This document shows, piece after piece, positions 26,924 through 37,714 of a stretch of DNA of 64,000 nt. Below the pieces are notes generated by a model. The model worked only from the letters and a program-made list of their open reading frames with translations, was not told the origin of the DNA and searched no databases. Numbering within the stretch: position 1 is the first letter of the stretch; each line of letters opens with the position of its first letter. Origin of the DNA: Flavobacteriales bacterium (GTDB lineage Bacteria > Bacteroidota > Bacteroidia > Flavobacteriales_D > CALLUQ01); contig OY769938.1 of the NCBI GenBank assembly GCA_963669295.1, forward strand, positions 338,792-402,791. Direction: 5' to 3'. The translations under genes were made by a program, and so were the position numbers.

Positions 26924-29866
26924 CTATAACCGTATATAGAGTTTTACTAATGTACCCAAAGCATTTCCCTTTTCATCCTCTAAGTCAACAACATCCAGTA
27001 GCAACGTTTGTTTTTGCTGAGCATTCAACAGCTTTAACCTTTCCATTGTAATCTCCATGCCGTACGATTTTTTATGCTCCTTGTAGTCACTTCTTAACTC
27101 AGCCGCACGCTTTCTCCCTATGCCATCATCCATTACCTCACAAATCAACATGTCTTTTTCCAATGCAAAAGTAATGGTCACCTTTCCTTTACGCTCATCT
27201 TTGTTCATAATGCCATGCCATATGGCATTCTCTACATAAGGTTGAATGAGCATTGGCGGAATGGTTACATCATCTACATCAATTTTTTCATCTATCACTA
27301 CCTCATACTCGAACTTTCCTTCAAACCGAAGGCTCTCCAATTCCAGGTAGTAACGCAACGTTTCCACCTCTTCTTCAATAGTGATGCTTTTTTCTCTTGA
27401 ATTCCTTAAAATCTTTCGCATTAGTTTTGCAAAACCAGCCACATGTTGCACCGCTTCTCTCTTTTGATTGGCCGCAATGAGTTGCTGTATGGAGTTCAAT
27501 GAGTTAAAGATAAAATGGGGAGTAAGCTGGGCACTCAATGCTTTTTGTTCCGAATCAGATGCTTGTTTTATCAACTGGCTTCGAACCTTTAGCGCCCTAT
27601 ACCTCAATGCAAAAAATACCCATACTAATGCAATAAAAAATAAGGCTATCAACAAATAAAACCACCAGGTCTTCCAGAAAGGAGGCAAAATGGTAAAGCT
27701 TATTGCTGCTGGCATAGCACTCCAAACACCATCTTCATTTTTAGCACTCACTACAAAACGATAATCGCCAGGAGGTAACGTTGTAAATTGTATGGACGTA
27801 TTTTTAGTGTAAGTCCAAGTAGAGTCAACCCCCTCCATTTGATAGCGGTAGGTAATGTCGCCCATGCTACGGTAGCTCAATCCAATGTATTCAATCTGCA
27901 ACAGATTTTGATCGTAATTTAACCGGGCTCCAGGGGGCAATATGGTATCCTGATAATTTACCTTGAGTAACTTAATGAAGACAGGGGGCTTATAGGCATT
28001 TACACTAATATTTTGTGGAACAAACTGTGTAACTCCATGATTAGTAGCGATCCAAACTTCACCATTTTGAGCATGTACCTTGTTAACCTCATCCGATACT
28101 AAGCCATGTTTTTTTGTAAAGCTCCGGATTGATGTTCTACCACCCCGTATCCCTACAATGTTTACCCCTTTATTGGTGCCCACTACAATTTGTCTTCCAT
28201 CTTTAGCAATAGCATTTACAATGCTGCTGTTTAATCCATCTACTTCACTAATGTTATAAATAGTGTCAGGTGCTACCACTACCAGGCCTGCTCCCCTGGT
28301 TCCTAAAATCATAGTGTCAGCAAGGCCTACAATATCTACAATACGTTTCGAAAGCAGCGGATGTACATCGCCATGATATACAAATTTATTGTTATGGTAT
28401 TCGTACAAACCGTTGAGGCTACCCACCCAAATTCTTCCTCCAGAATCTTCATACAAAGCACTTACCCTTACTGTAATGGAATCGATGTTACTGTTATGAA
28501 TCGCATGCCCATCTCTTGTTTGAATTAATGCAGTGGTGGTTCCAAGCCAAATACTACCATCCTTGCTCTCCAAAATACAGCTCGCATGTAATCTCGCTGC
28601 ATTGAACCGGGTAATTGGGTGCTCTAAACTCAACGTACTCAGCCCTTCCTTACCCAGTACGTATAGCCCATCATTATCTATCCAATATTCATCTTCAGCA
28701 GCACGGTAATGAATGGTAGAGACGGGAAGCTCTACCCTACCACTTTCCGATAGGTCGTATGTGTTTTCCAGTTTATGGTCTACAATACGACTTACCATGC
28801 CTTTTCTGAAACCAAGTATGGTTTCGTTACTTCCATTACCCGCAATGCTATACACATCAGCATCGGGCAACCCTGATGCAGTGCTATAGGTATGGAACGA
28901 CATCGAGGGCAGATAATAAACACCACGTTCTAAAGTTGTAAACCAAAGTCCCCCCTCCCAATCGTTATATACACACGATACAGAATAATCTTTCAGCAGT
29001 TGGTACTTTAATTGCAGTGAATTGGCATCATAGCACCGCACACCATTCTTATAAAACCCTGCCCACAAACGGTCTTTACCGTCAGTATTCAACCATACAA
29101 TGTTTTGTCGATAATGCAATGCTTCAGACGTATCATCAACTGCAGTCAATACATTTCCCATGGATACAGCCATCCTATTATTCGGCAAAGTACAAGAATG
29201 ATATTCTGCCGGAAGCATAGTGGGCAACCAATAAGTGCCTTCAAAACCTGGAACATGCACATGAAAAGTTCCCTTTTTCCCTATTAGCTCCCGTTTCAAT
29301 ACCGAAAAGTTAAACGGTTGTTCTTCTATCCTGGAAAAATGCACGCCCTTTTCTAAAGCAGCATATTGGTGCTCCAACTGCCCCTCTTTCGAAATGGTGA
29401 GATAACCCTTCTCTTTTACACCAATATGCAATGTTTCGTCCTCATCAACATGAAAAGAGCGAATGATGGAATTGCCTTTTAACTCCTGTAACAATGCATC
29501 GTTATATGGATAAGAGTATATGCTATCGCCCTGATAGTAGGAAAGTTTGCACGAAAAGGTAACAAACCACAACCGCTGTTGATGGTCTTCTATAATTTGA
29601 AAGACAACATTGTCGGAAAGGCCATCCTCTTCTGTGAAATTTTCGAATTCATACCCGTTAAAACGGCTTACTCCCCGATCGGTGGCAAACCAAATGTAAC
29701 CACGCGAATCTTGCATTACATAGTAAACTTCAGAACTGGGCAATCCATCGTCTACCGTAAAATGCTGAAATTCTGGTTGGGGAAATTGTGCAATAGCCAG
29801 GCAACTAAAGAAAAGAAGTAAGCAAGATAAACTACAATTCATTAGTTTTTTTAGCGGTGGCATCAT
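26924..29866 (-). CDS. Sensor histidine kinase with periplasmic beta-propeller/Y_Y_Y region and LytS/YehU-type kinase core
   Basis: Signal/TM segment, then a ~700-aa repeat-rich region with recurring W.GT..G(L/V) propeller motifs. Next come a Y_Y_Y-like segment (YRYQMEG...W), the TM helix WWFYLLIALFFIALVWVFFAL, a His_kinase motif LTPHFIFNSLNSI and an HATPase region (ENAIWHG, DDGIG). Confidence 0.85.
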   Translation of the reverse strand: MMPPLKKLMNCSLSCLLLFFSCLAIAQFPQPEFQHFTVDDGLPSSEVYYVMQDSRGYIWFATDRGVSRFNGYEFENFTEEDGLSDNVVFQIIEDHQQRLWFVTFSCKLSYYQGDSIYSYPYNDALLQELKGNSIIRSFHVDEDETLHIGVKEKGYLTISKEGQLEHQYAALEKGVHFSRIEEQPFNFSVLKRELIGKKGTFHVHVPGFEGTYWLPTMLPAEYHSCTLPNNRMAVSMGNVLTAVDDTSEALHYRQNIVWLNTDGKDRLWAGFYKNGVRCYDANSLQLKYQLLKDYSVSCVYNDWEGGLWFTTLERGVYYLPSMSFHTYSTASGLPDADVYSIAGNGSNETILGFRKGMVSRIVDHKLENTYDLSESGRVELPVSTIHYRAAEDEYWIDNDGLYVLGKEGLSTLSLEHPITRFNAARLHASCILESKDGSIWLGTTTALIQTRDGHAIHNSNIDSITVRVSALYEDSGGRIWVGSLNGLYEYHNNKFVYHGDVHPLLSKRIVDIVGLADTMILGTRGAGLVVVAPDTIYNISEVDGLNSSIVNAIAKDGRQIVVGTNKGVNIVGIRGGRTSIRSFTKKHGLVSDEVNKVHAQNGEVWIATNHGVTQFVPQNISVNAYKPPVFIKLLKVNYQDTILPPGARLNYDQNLLQIEYIGLSYRSMGDITYRYQMEGVDSTWTYTKNTSIQFTTLPPGDYRFVVSAKNEDGVWSAMPAAISFTILPPFWKTWWFYLLIALFFIALVWVFFALRYRALKVRSQLIKQASDSEQKALSAQLTPHFIFNSLNSIQQLIAANQKREAVQHVAGFAKLMRKILRNSREKSITIEEEVETLRYYLELESLRFEGKFEYEVVIDEKIDVDDVTIPPMLIQPYVENAIWHGIMNKDERKGKVTITFALEKDMLICEVMDDGIGRKRAAELRSDYKEHKKSYGMEITMERLKLLNAQQKQTLLLDVVDLEDEKGNALGTLVKLYIRL

Positions 29867-29901
29867 TAACCGATCTTACTGCAATATGAAATAACGTAGG
29901 T

Positions 29902-30426
29902 TTAGTGCATCAACTGGCGAAACTCCTTCTTAATGTATTCAATGGCTATTTGGGTAGGCATTTTTTCGATCTTACTCGCCATTTCAAACATCACTTCACA
30001 CAACACAATACCATTGGCATCATCCTTTACTTGATTGGCTGCAATGTTTACAAACTTCGACATCTCTTCCTTAGCATTTCTCAACATCTCCCAGGCATTG
30101 TGTGATACATAAATTTGCTGCGACATGTTGTGCTCATATTCCGTTCTAATTGACTTTAACAATTCGGCCTGCAATAATTTTGCACTCATGCCCGTTTTAT
30201 GAACACGCATCACTAAGCTGTTTGGTGAGATTCGTTCAAGATACAGTATTACTCGCTCGTAGGCTTGCAATTTCACAGGAGTAACAACAGCATGGTGTGC
30301 CTTCTGAAGTTCTACACTACGTTTTTCATGTTCGCTGTCCAGAAATTTTTTGATTAACAAATAGGCTGTTATAAAAACCACAACGGTGGGGATAGCAATC
30401 ATCAACAAGTCAACAACAATTTCCAT
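29902..30426 (-). CDS. Hypothetical N-terminally membrane-anchored protein
   Basis: 174-aa ORF with one N-terminal TM helix (LLMIAIPTVVVFITAYLLI) and a helical remainder. No motif recognised. Confidence 0.5.
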   Translation of the reverse strand: MEIVVDLLMIAIPTVVVFITAYLLIKKFLDSEHEKRSVELQKAHHAVVTPVKLQAYERVILYLERISPNSLVMRVHKTGMSAKLLQAELLKSIRTEYEHNMSQQIYVSHNAWEMLRNAKEEMSKFVNIAANQVKDDANGIVLCEVMFEMASKIEKMPTQIAIEYIKKEFRQLMH

Positions 30427-30544
30427 ATTTCCATGTTTTACCTCTACTAAGATAGAGAAAATGCTTTAATGGATTATAGTTTACTAATCATAACGTGATA
30501 GCGGCAAATTTATTAGCTTTGTCACGTGTTAATTTTTGGGTCAT

Positions 30545-31738
30545 ATGAATTCTTTATCAGCGCGAATTAACAGGCTTTCGGAATCGGCAACGATTGCAAT
30601 GTCTAGAAAAAGTAGGGAGCTAACAGCTCAAGGGTTTGATGTTATTAACCTGAGCCTTGGCGAACCCGATTTCAACACTCCTGACTTTATAAAGGAGGCG
30701 GCCAAGCAGGCCATTGATGATAATTACAGCAAATACATGCCTGTTCCGGGGTATTTGGATTTACGCGAAGCTATCTCTAAGAAGTTTAAACGCGATAATA
30801 ACCTCGATTATGCCCCAGAAAACATTGTGGTTTCAACAGGTGCAAAGCAAGCCATTGCCAATGCGGTAATGGTTCTTATTGACAAAGGAGATGAAGTTAT
30901 TTTACCCGCCCCCTACTGGGTAACCTACGAAGAGATTGTTAAAATGGCTGAAGGTACTCCTAAAGTCATCGCTACCTCGTTGGAAAACGATTTTAAAATT
31001 ACAGCTACAGAATTGGCGCAAGCTATAAGCCCCTCTACTAAACTCATTATGTTTAGTTCGCCTTGTAACCCTTCAGGGTCTGTGTATTCTAAGGATGAGT
31101 TGAGGGCATTGGCCGATGTTATTGTGCAACACCCACAACTATTTGTAATTAGCGATGAAATTTACGAGCACATTAACTTCGTCGGCAAACATGAAAGTCT
31201 TGCCCAATTCGATGACATTAAGGAACAGGTCATTACAGTGAATGGAGTATCAAAAGCATTTGCTATGACTGGATGGCGTGTTGGCTATATGGGAGCTCCG
31301 AAAACCGTTGCTGCAGCATGTGTTAAAATGCAAGGGCAATTTACCTCAGGCACCTGTGGAATTGCTCAGCAAGCAGCAAAAGCTGCCATGATGGCCGACC
31401 CTTCTGTAACCAACGAAATGAAAGAAGCCTTCCACAAACGACGTGATATGATCATTGGGTTATTGCGAGAAATCCCCGGGCTCAACATCAATACTCCTGA
31501 AGGCGCATTTTATGTTTTTCCTGAAGTATCAAGCTACTTTGGCAAATCGGCTGAAGGACATACCATTAACAACGCAACAGATTTAGCCATGTACATACTA
31601 ACAACGGTACATGTAGCTGTAGTAACCGGTGCGGCCTTTGGTTCGCCTAATAATATTCGTATTTCGTATGCTACTTCTGAAGCTCAAATTAAAGAAGCTG
31701 TTGAACGCATCAAAACTGCATTGAGTCGTTTAAAATAA
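30545..31738 (+). CDS. PLP-dependent class I aminotransferase (aspartate aminotransferase-like)
   Basis: ATG at 30545 (the track starts at a TTG at 30536). Motifs SSPCNPSG and the PLP-lysine context NGVSKAFAMTGWRVGY. Confidence 0.85.
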   Translation: MNSLSARINRLSESATIAMSRKSRELTAQGFDVINLSLGEPDFNTPDFIKEAAKQAIDDNYSKYMPVPGYLDLREAISKKFKRDNNLDYAPENIVVSTGAKQAIANAVMVLIDKGDEVILPAPYWVTYEEIVKMAEGTPKVIATSLENDFKITATELAQAISPSTKLIMFSSPCNPSGSVYSKDELRALADVIVQHPQLFVISDEIYEHINFVGKHESLAQFDDIKEQVITVNGVSKAFAMTGWRVGYMGAPKTVAAACVKMQGQFTSGTCGIAQQAAKAAMMADPSVTNEMKEAFHKRRDMIIGLLREIPGLNINTPEGAFYVFPEVSSYFGKSAEGHTINNATDLAMYILTTVHVAVVTGAAFGSPNNIRISYATSEAQIKEAVERIKTALSRLK

Positions 31739-31743
31739 ATGGT

Positions 31744-32730
31744 ATGATGACCCTACCACAAATATTTGATGCATTCGATGAACTCAACGTTTTGGTGGTG
31801 GGTGATGTTATGATTGATGCTTACCTATGGGGAGGCGTAGAACGTATTTCACCTGAAGCTCCAGTACCTGTTGTAAGCGTTGCCAACAAAGAAGATCGTC
31901 TTGGTGGTGCTGCAAATGTTGCGTTAAACCTTGCAGCACTAGGTGCTACTCCCATTATATGCTCTGTTATTGGCAAAGACGACAAAGGCAGTGAACTTAT
32001 GCGTTTACTCAATAAGGAAGGGCTACCAACCAATGGCATTGTACGATCAGAAGGTAGAGTAACCACTACCAAAACCAGGGTCATTAGCAACAATCAGCAA
32101 ATGCTTCGAGTAGATGAGGAAATTATTGACGACTTGAACAATGCAGATGAAACACGATTGATAAGCAGTATCAAAAGTATTCTTGACACACAAGAAATAC
32201 ATGTTATTGTTTTTGAAGACTACAACAAGGGGGTATTAACCGAAACCCTTATTGAAGCTATCATTGCAATGGCCAACGAAAAGAAGATTCCAACAGCCGT
32301 TGATCCAAAGCAAAAAAACTTCTTTTCTTATCGTGGTGTTACCCTCTTCAAACCCAACCTAAAAGAATTAAAAGAAGGGCTCAATATTGAGTTAGATACA
32401 AACCTTGAGGCACTCAATCAAAGCATTGAAATGCTGCAAGAACAAGTTCCTCATGCCATTTCATTCATTACCTTGTCTGATGCAGGAGTATACATCAATA
32501 GTGATCAAACCAATACAATTATTCCAGCACACATAAGAAACATCTCCGATGTATCTGGTGCTGGAGACACTGTTATAAGTGTGGCGTCGCTTTGTCTGGC
32601 GTTAGGGCTTCCTCATCAATTGATGGCTGCCCTCGCGAATCTTTCAGGTGGTTTAGTGTGTGAAAAGGTAGGAGTAGTTCCAATCGACAAAAAACAATTG
32701 CTAGCTGAGGCCATACCGTTGAGCCAATAA
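31744..32730 (+). CDS. PfkB-family sugar kinase, D-glycero-beta-D-manno-heptose-7-phosphate kinase-like (RfaE/HldE domain I)
   Basis: N-terminal VLVVGDVMIDAYLWG, RLGGAANVALN and the C-terminal DVSGAGDT motif. Confidence 0.7.
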   Translation: MMTLPQIFDAFDELNVLVVGDVMIDAYLWGGVERISPEAPVPVVSVANKEDRLGGAANVALNLAALGATPIICSVIGKDDKGSELMRLLNKEGLPTNGIVRSEGRVTTTKTRVISNNQQMLRVDEEIIDDLNNADETRLISSIKSILDTQEIHVIVFEDYNKGVLTETLIEAIIAMANEKKIPTAVDPKQKNFFSYRGVTLFKPNLKELKEGLNIELDTNLEALNQSIEMLQEQVPHAISFITLSDAGVYINSDQTNTIIPAHIRNISDVSGAGDTVISVASLCLALGLPHQLMAALANLSGGLVCEKVGVVPIDKKQLLAEAIPLSQ

Positions 32731-32732
32731 TC

Positions 32733-34559
32733 ATGTCGCTTAAAACCATACGAGAAAAAGCTAACCTCTTTCTATACGACAGCAAGGAAAAGGTTTCTCG
32801 AATATTCAAAGGGCTTAACCTGCTTATCTCTTTAATTGCCATTAGTACGCTTATTTATTACTATGGCTACCCCCAAACCGAACAGTCGGAAGCGCTTTTG
32901 CTCAATATTATCAAAGGTAGTTTTGGGTTTTACATCATTAATTTTTTGGTGAAGTTCATCTACGACTTCGAGCCCAGGCAGTTTTTTAAACGCAATTGGT
33001 TTGAGGGGGTGCTCATGCTCTTCCTTATAGTAGAAGGCATCAGTTACAACTTTTTCGGTGTACTTCTCCTTCCTTCACTATTTGTGAAAATAGGATTAGA
33101 AAGCTTTGCTGATTTCTCTACCCTATTTATTCAGTTTTACTTGTTAACGGTAGTGCTGTTTAAAATTGCAAAAACATCAACAATCCTTCCCAACTTAAAG
33201 CTGCACCCGTCCAATATATTTATCCTGAGTTTTTTACTCATCATTCTTGCAGGAACCGGGTTACTTATGTTGCCCGAAATGACCAATCCATTGGATCAAA
33301 GCATGAACTTTTTGGATGCTTTATTTACCTCAACCAGTGCTACATGCGTAACGGGGTTAATTGTTGAAGATACTGCTACATTTTTCACTTTTAAAGGGCA
33401 AATTGTAATCTTGATTCTCATTAAGCTTGGTGGGTTAAACATTATTGCTTTTGGCTCTTTCATTGCTTTAATGTCGAAGTTTGGTGTTGGAGTAAAACAG
33501 CATACTGTAATTGAAGATTTTGTCAATAAAGATTCCGTATTGAGCAGTAAAGGAATGTTAGGTAAAGTTATCATTTTCAGTATTCTCATAGAGCTTATTG
33601 GCACCTTATGGATGTATTTTTCGTGGGGAGATGTCTCATTTAAAAGCAATGGTGAGAGGATGTTCTTTTCTGTCTTTCATTCGGTATCGGCCTTTAACAA
33701 TGCCGGACTTTCCTTATTTACTGATGGACTTTACAATGAAGCCGTGCGTACTAACTACATGATTCATAACATCATTACTTTTCTGGTGTTTTTTGGGGCA
33801 CTCGGTATGATGGCCATCTTCGATGTTTTTAGCATCAGAAACATTAGAAGTCGTCTAAAAAACAAATGGAGGCAAATATCTTTTGGTTCTAAAATTGCGC
33901 TCTATTTTTCACTTGGGCTGGTAGCCTTCGGAACCATAGCTTACTATTTGTTGGAGTACGATAATACACTAAAAGGTCAAGGGTTTACAGGAGCATTTAC
34001 TACCTCTTTGTTTCAGTCTGTAACGCGCACATCCGGTTTCAATACGGTAGATATTGGCGCGATGAGTACTCCAATGCTAGTGCTTATGATCTTTTTAATG
34101 TTCATTGGTTCATCATCAAGCTCCACCGGAGGGGGAATTAAAACCTCTACTTTTGCCTTGCTTTGGGCTTCTATTATTGCCACTGTAAAAGGCAAAAGAA
34201 ATACGGAATTGTTTAAACGAACCATTTCCAATGATCTTGTATTTCGAGCATTCTCCGTATTGCTGTTCTTTATCCTGGGCAACATGGTAGGCATTTTCAT
34301 CCTCACCATTTCAGAAAGTCACATTTTAGAACAACCCAACCGATCTATTCTCGATCTCATTTTTGAAGAAGTTTCGGCCTTTGGTACGGTAGGGCTTTCC
34401 ACCGGAATTACAGGAGAATTATCAACGGTTGGGAAAGTTGTTATAATTATATCGATGTTTGTAGGACGAATTGGAACATTAACCATTGCTTATTTGTTTG
34501 GTAAGCAACTGGTGAGTAAAAATTATAAATATCCGCAAGGACATACCATGGTAGGATAG
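32733..34559 (+). CDS. TrkH/KtrB-family cation (potassium) transporter
   Basis: 608 aa and polytopic. Four P-loop-like segments are present: [33 protein letters not shown] and [14 protein letters not shown]. Confidence 0.8.
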   Translation: MSLKTIREKANLFLYDSKEKVSRIFKGLNLLISLIAISTLIYYYGYPQTEQSEALLLNIIKGSFGFYIINFLVKFIYDFEPRQFFKRNWFEGVLMLFLIVEGISYNFFGVLLLPSLFVKIGLESFADFSTLFIQFYLLTVVLFKIAKTSTILPNLKLHPSNIFILSFLLIILAGTGLLMLPEMTNPLDQSMNFLDALFTSTSATCVTGLIVEDTATFFTFKGQIVILILIKLGGLNIIAFGSFIALMSKFGVGVKQHTVIEDFVNKDSVLSSKGMLGKVIIFSILIELIGTLWMYFSWGDVSFKSNGERMFFSVFHSVSAFNNAGLSLFTDGLYNEAVRTNYMIHNIITFLVFFGALGMMAIFDVFSIRNIRSRLKNKWRQISFGSKIALYFSLGLVAFGTIAYYLLEYDNTLKGQGFTGAFTTSLFQSVTRTSGFNTVDIGAMSTPMLVLMIFLMFIGSSSSSTGGGIKTSTFALLWASIIATVKGKRNTELFKRTISNDLVFRAFSVLLFFILGNMVGIFILTISESHILEQPNRSILDLIFEEVSAFGTVGLSTGITGELSTVGKVVIIISMFVGRIGTLTIAYLFGKQLVSKNYKYPQGHTMVG

Positions 34560-35287
34560 TGGAAAAAACCGTTAAACCATATAAAGAAGTTGATTCAGGT
34601 AAAAAAGAGCAAGTAGCTCAGATGTTTGATAATATCTCTGGCAACTATGACTTCCTCAATCACTTTTTTTCGATGGGCATTGATTTCATCTGGCGCAAGA
34701 AAACCATCAAATTGCTCAAGAAAGATCAGCCCGAATATATGCTCGACATTGCTACAGGCACTGGTGATTTTGCTATAGCCGCACTAAAAATTAACCCAAA
34801 AAAGGTGATTGGTGTTGATATTTCTAACGGCATGTTGGAAAAGGGACGAGAAAAACTCAAGAAGAAAAAGCTGGAAGGTAAGATTGAGTTGAAGTACGGT
34901 GACTCTGAAAACCTTCCTTTCGATGACAATGAATTCAATGCCATAACGGTAGGATTTGGAGTTCGAAATTTCGAAAATTTAGAAAAGGGCTTGAGTGATA
35001 TGCGAAGAGTATTGAAGCCCAATGGTACTGCTGCAATCCTTGAGTTTTCTAAGGCTAAAAAATTCCCCATTAAACAATTGTACAACTTCTATTTTCGAAG
35101 GGTTATTCCATTGTTAGGTAAACTCATTTCAAAAGATAAATCAGCGTATACTTACCTTCCGGAATCGGTAGAAGCATTTCCTGAAGGGGAAGATTTCTTA
35201 GCCATTATGAGGCATGTAGGTTATCGCGATGTAAAGTGCATCCCAGTATCAGGAGGTATTGCTTCGATCTATCTTGGTAAGAAATAA
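34559..35287 (+). CDS. ubiE: Demethylmenaquinone / ubiquinone C-methyltransferase UbiE/MenG
   Basis: GTG start overlapping the upstream stop by 1 nt. Motif [30 protein letters not shown]-binding LDIATGTGD, and [12 protein letters not shown]. Confidence 0.85.
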   Translation: MEKTVKPYKEVDSGKKEQVAQMFDNISGNYDFLNHFFSMGIDFIWRKKTIKLLKKDQPEYMLDIATGTGDFAIAALKINPKKVIGVDISNGMLEKGREKLKKKKLEGKIELKYGDSENLPFDDNEFNAITVGFGVRNFENLEKGLSDMRRVLKPNGTAAILEFSKAKKFPIKQLYNFYFRRVIPLLGKLISKDKSAYTYLPESVEAFPEGEDFLAIMRHVGYRDVKCIPVSGGIASIYLGKK

Positions 35288-35336
35288 ACCCCAATTATTT
35301 TCGTTTCAATACCTTTGAAGGCTATTAATCGCTAAT

Positions 35337-36059
35337 TTGAAAAGAATAATACTCATATTGTTAACGGTATTTCTGGCTTTAGGCAGCACTTTTAATGCTA
35401 ATGCACAACGCGAGAAACCTAAGAACTTGCCGAATTTCGATAGCAAGCGACTTCACTTTGGCTTCTTACTAGGGTATGGATCGGCCAGTTTTTACATGAA
35501 CCAGAAACCTGATTTTTCCTTTGAAGACTCCTTACTGGTTTTGGAAGTGAAGAAACAACCTGGTTTTAGCCTTGGCATTGTTTCGGAGCTGCACCTTAAC
35601 AAAAACATTGGTGTACGCTTTCTACCATCCCTCTCTTTCCAGGATCGAGCATTACACTACACCTTCCTGGAAGCTGATTCATCGCTTAAATTCACGGAAA
35701 AAAGAGTAGAATCCACATTCCTTGATTTTCCCATTAACTTAAAGTTACGAACCGACAGGGTTAACAACTTCGCAGCCTATATAGTAACGGGCGCCAAATA
35801 CAGTATGGATATGGCATCACAACAAGATGTAAACAATGCTGTAAGTGACGACATTACCGTAAAAATTAGGAAGAACGATATTTCGGCAGAGATTGGTGGT
35901 GGCACCGATTTTTTTCTCAAATACTTTAAGTTTGGGATCGAACTTAAATTATCGGTAGGCCTTAATAATGTATTGGTGCCCGAAAACACCAAATGGTCGG
36001 CTCCCATCTCCAAGCTACGTACCCGCATGGTACACCTTACTTTTACTTTCGAGGGTTAA
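35337..36059 (+). CDS. Outer-membrane beta-barrel protein, PorT/SprT-like
   Basis: TTG start and signal peptide ...TFNANAQ. About 240 aa with alternating-hydrophobic beta strands, ending ...HLTFTFEG. Size and position just after ubiE match my memory of porT/sprT loci. Not verified. Confidence 0.5.
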   Translation: MKRIILILLTVFLALGSTFNANAQREKPKNLPNFDSKRLHFGFLLGYGSASFYMNQKPDFSFEDSLLVLEVKKQPGFSLGIVSELHLNKNIGVRFLPSLSFQDRALHYTFLEADSSLKFTEKRVESTFLDFPINLKLRTDRVNNFAAYIVTGAKYSMDMASQQDVNNAVSDDITVKIRKNDISAEIGGGTDFFLKYFKFGIELKLSVGLNNVLVPENTKWSAPISKLRTRMVHLTFTFEG

Positions 36060-36113
36060 AATACCTACTGCTCCTCTGTTAGAAAATAATACCTTTGTTT
36101 TTCAATTGTTAAT

Positions 36114-37673
36114 ATGCCGCGCGAATTACAACTTTCTTTATCACCACAACAAGCTGGGGAGGAACATCTACTTAAAAGAAATGTAGCTTCTGTCTTGCGT
36201 GTTAAAGAAGCTGAGATTAAACACATCCAACCTTTAAAGCGTTCTATTGATGCACGAGGAAGGAACGTTAAGATTCATTTAAAAGTAGCGGTATATCTTA
36301 ACGAGCAGGTGCCAGATTTCACCATCCCTCCTATTGATTATCCCAATGTAACTAACAAAACACATGCTGTAATTATTGGCGCTGGCCCTGCCGGGTTGTT
36401 TGCTGCACTACGGCTTATTGAATTGGGGGTAAAGCCTATCGTGCTTGAACGCGGTAAAAATGTGCGAGAACGTCGCCGCGACCTGGCAGCAATCAACAAA
36501 GAACATTTGGTCAACCCCGACTCTAATTATTGTTTTGGTGAAGGCGGTGCCGGTACTTATTCGGATGGAAAACTATATACACGCTCTAAAAAAAGAGGAG
36601 ATGTGCAACGTATTCTATCTACTCTGGTTGCCTTTGGTGCCTCGCCTAACATTATGGTAGATGCACACCCTCACATTGGCACCAATAAGTTGCCTGAAAT
36701 AATTGTTGCCATGCGGGAAGCCATCATTGCTGCTGGTGGAGAAATTCATTTCAATACAAGGGTTACTGATCTGTGTATTGCAGAAAGTAAAATAACTGGA
36801 GTGGTAACTCAACACAACGATACCATCGATACCCAGCAAGTGATTCTTGCCACCGGCCATTCTGCACGAGATATTTTTGAGCTATTGGAACGCAAGCAGA
36901 TATTGATTGAGCAAAAGCCTTTTGCTATGGGAGTGCGAATTGAACACCCACAATCGATTATTGATGCAATACAATATAAATGTGATGAAAGAGGAGAACA
37001 CCTACCACCAGCATCATACAGCTTAGTACATCAAGTAAAAGGACGAGGGGTTTATTCCTTCTGCATGTGCCCGGGGGGCATTATTGCTCCATGTGCTACA
37101 AGTCCCGGAGAAGTGGTTACCAATGGATGGTCTCCCTCCAAACGCAACAACCCTTTTGCCAACTCAGGAATCATTGTTCCGGTAGAAGTAGAAGACATAC
37201 GGCCATACGAACAATATGGTGCTTTAGCAGGCATGCGCTACCAACAAGCTGTAGAACAAACAGCATGGAAAGCTGGCGGACAAACACAAACTGTACCTGC
37301 ACAGCGGTTGGTTGACTTTGTGGAAGAAAAGCTATCAAGCTCATTGCCTAAAACTTCTTATCAGCCAGGAGTTAAAAGTGCCTTATTGCATGAAGTATTG
37401 CCCGAATCGATCTACCAACGCCTTCGCATTGGACTCAAAACATTTGGCAAAAAAATGAGGGGATATTATACCAACGAGGCCGTACTTCATGCTGTAGAAT
37501 CAAGAACCTCATCGCCAGTGCGTATACCAAGAGATAAGGTAACGTTGGAACACCTACAAATAAAAGGGTTGTACCCTTGTGGAGAAGGTGCTGGTTATGC
37601 TGGTGGAATTGTTTCCGCAGCCATTGATGGAGAAAAATGTGCTGAACAATGTGCTACAACAATCGTTAAGTAA
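36114..37673 (+). CDS. FAD-dependent oxidoreductase (COG2509-like)
   Basis: Dinucleotide-binding motif VIIGAGPAGLFAALRL. 519 aa. C-terminal motif GLYPCGEGAGYAGGI. Confidence 0.75.
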   Translation: MPRELQLSLSPQQAGEEHLLKRNVASVLRVKEAEIKHIQPLKRSIDARGRNVKIHLKVAVYLNEQVPDFTIPPIDYPNVTNKTHAVIIGAGPAGLFAALRLIELGVKPIVLERGKNVRERRRDLAAINKEHLVNPDSNYCFGEGGAGTYSDGKLYTRSKKRGDVQRILSTLVAFGASPNIMVDAHPHIGTNKLPEIIVAMREAIIAAGGEIHFNTRVTDLCIAESKITGVVTQHNDTIDTQQVILATGHSARDIFELLERKQILIEQKPFAMGVRIEHPQSIIDAIQYKCDERGEHLPPASYSLVHQVKGRGVYSFCMCPGGIIAPCATSPGEVVTNGWSPSKRNNPFANSGIIVPVEVEDIRPYEQYGALAGMRYQQAVEQTAWKAGGQTQTVPAQRLVDFVEEKLSSSLPKTSYQPGVKSALLHEVLPESIYQRLRIGLKTFGKKMRGYYTNEAVLHAVESRTSSPVRIPRDKVTLEHLQIKGLYPCGEGAGYAGGIVSAAIDGEKCAEQCATTIVK

Positions 37674-37714
37674 GCAGAACCAGAGCAAAAAAAATCTCCT
37701 ACATTTGTAACCAC

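Noticed and set aside
33296-35085. Antisense ORFs in the TrkH-like and ubiE genes (33296-33649, 34013-34309, 34726-35085), and similar ones in pnp (45021-45395) and the G8 gene (57279-57674, 58912-59298)
   Set aside because: They lie opposite well-supported genes and carry no motifs. They are shadow ORFs.
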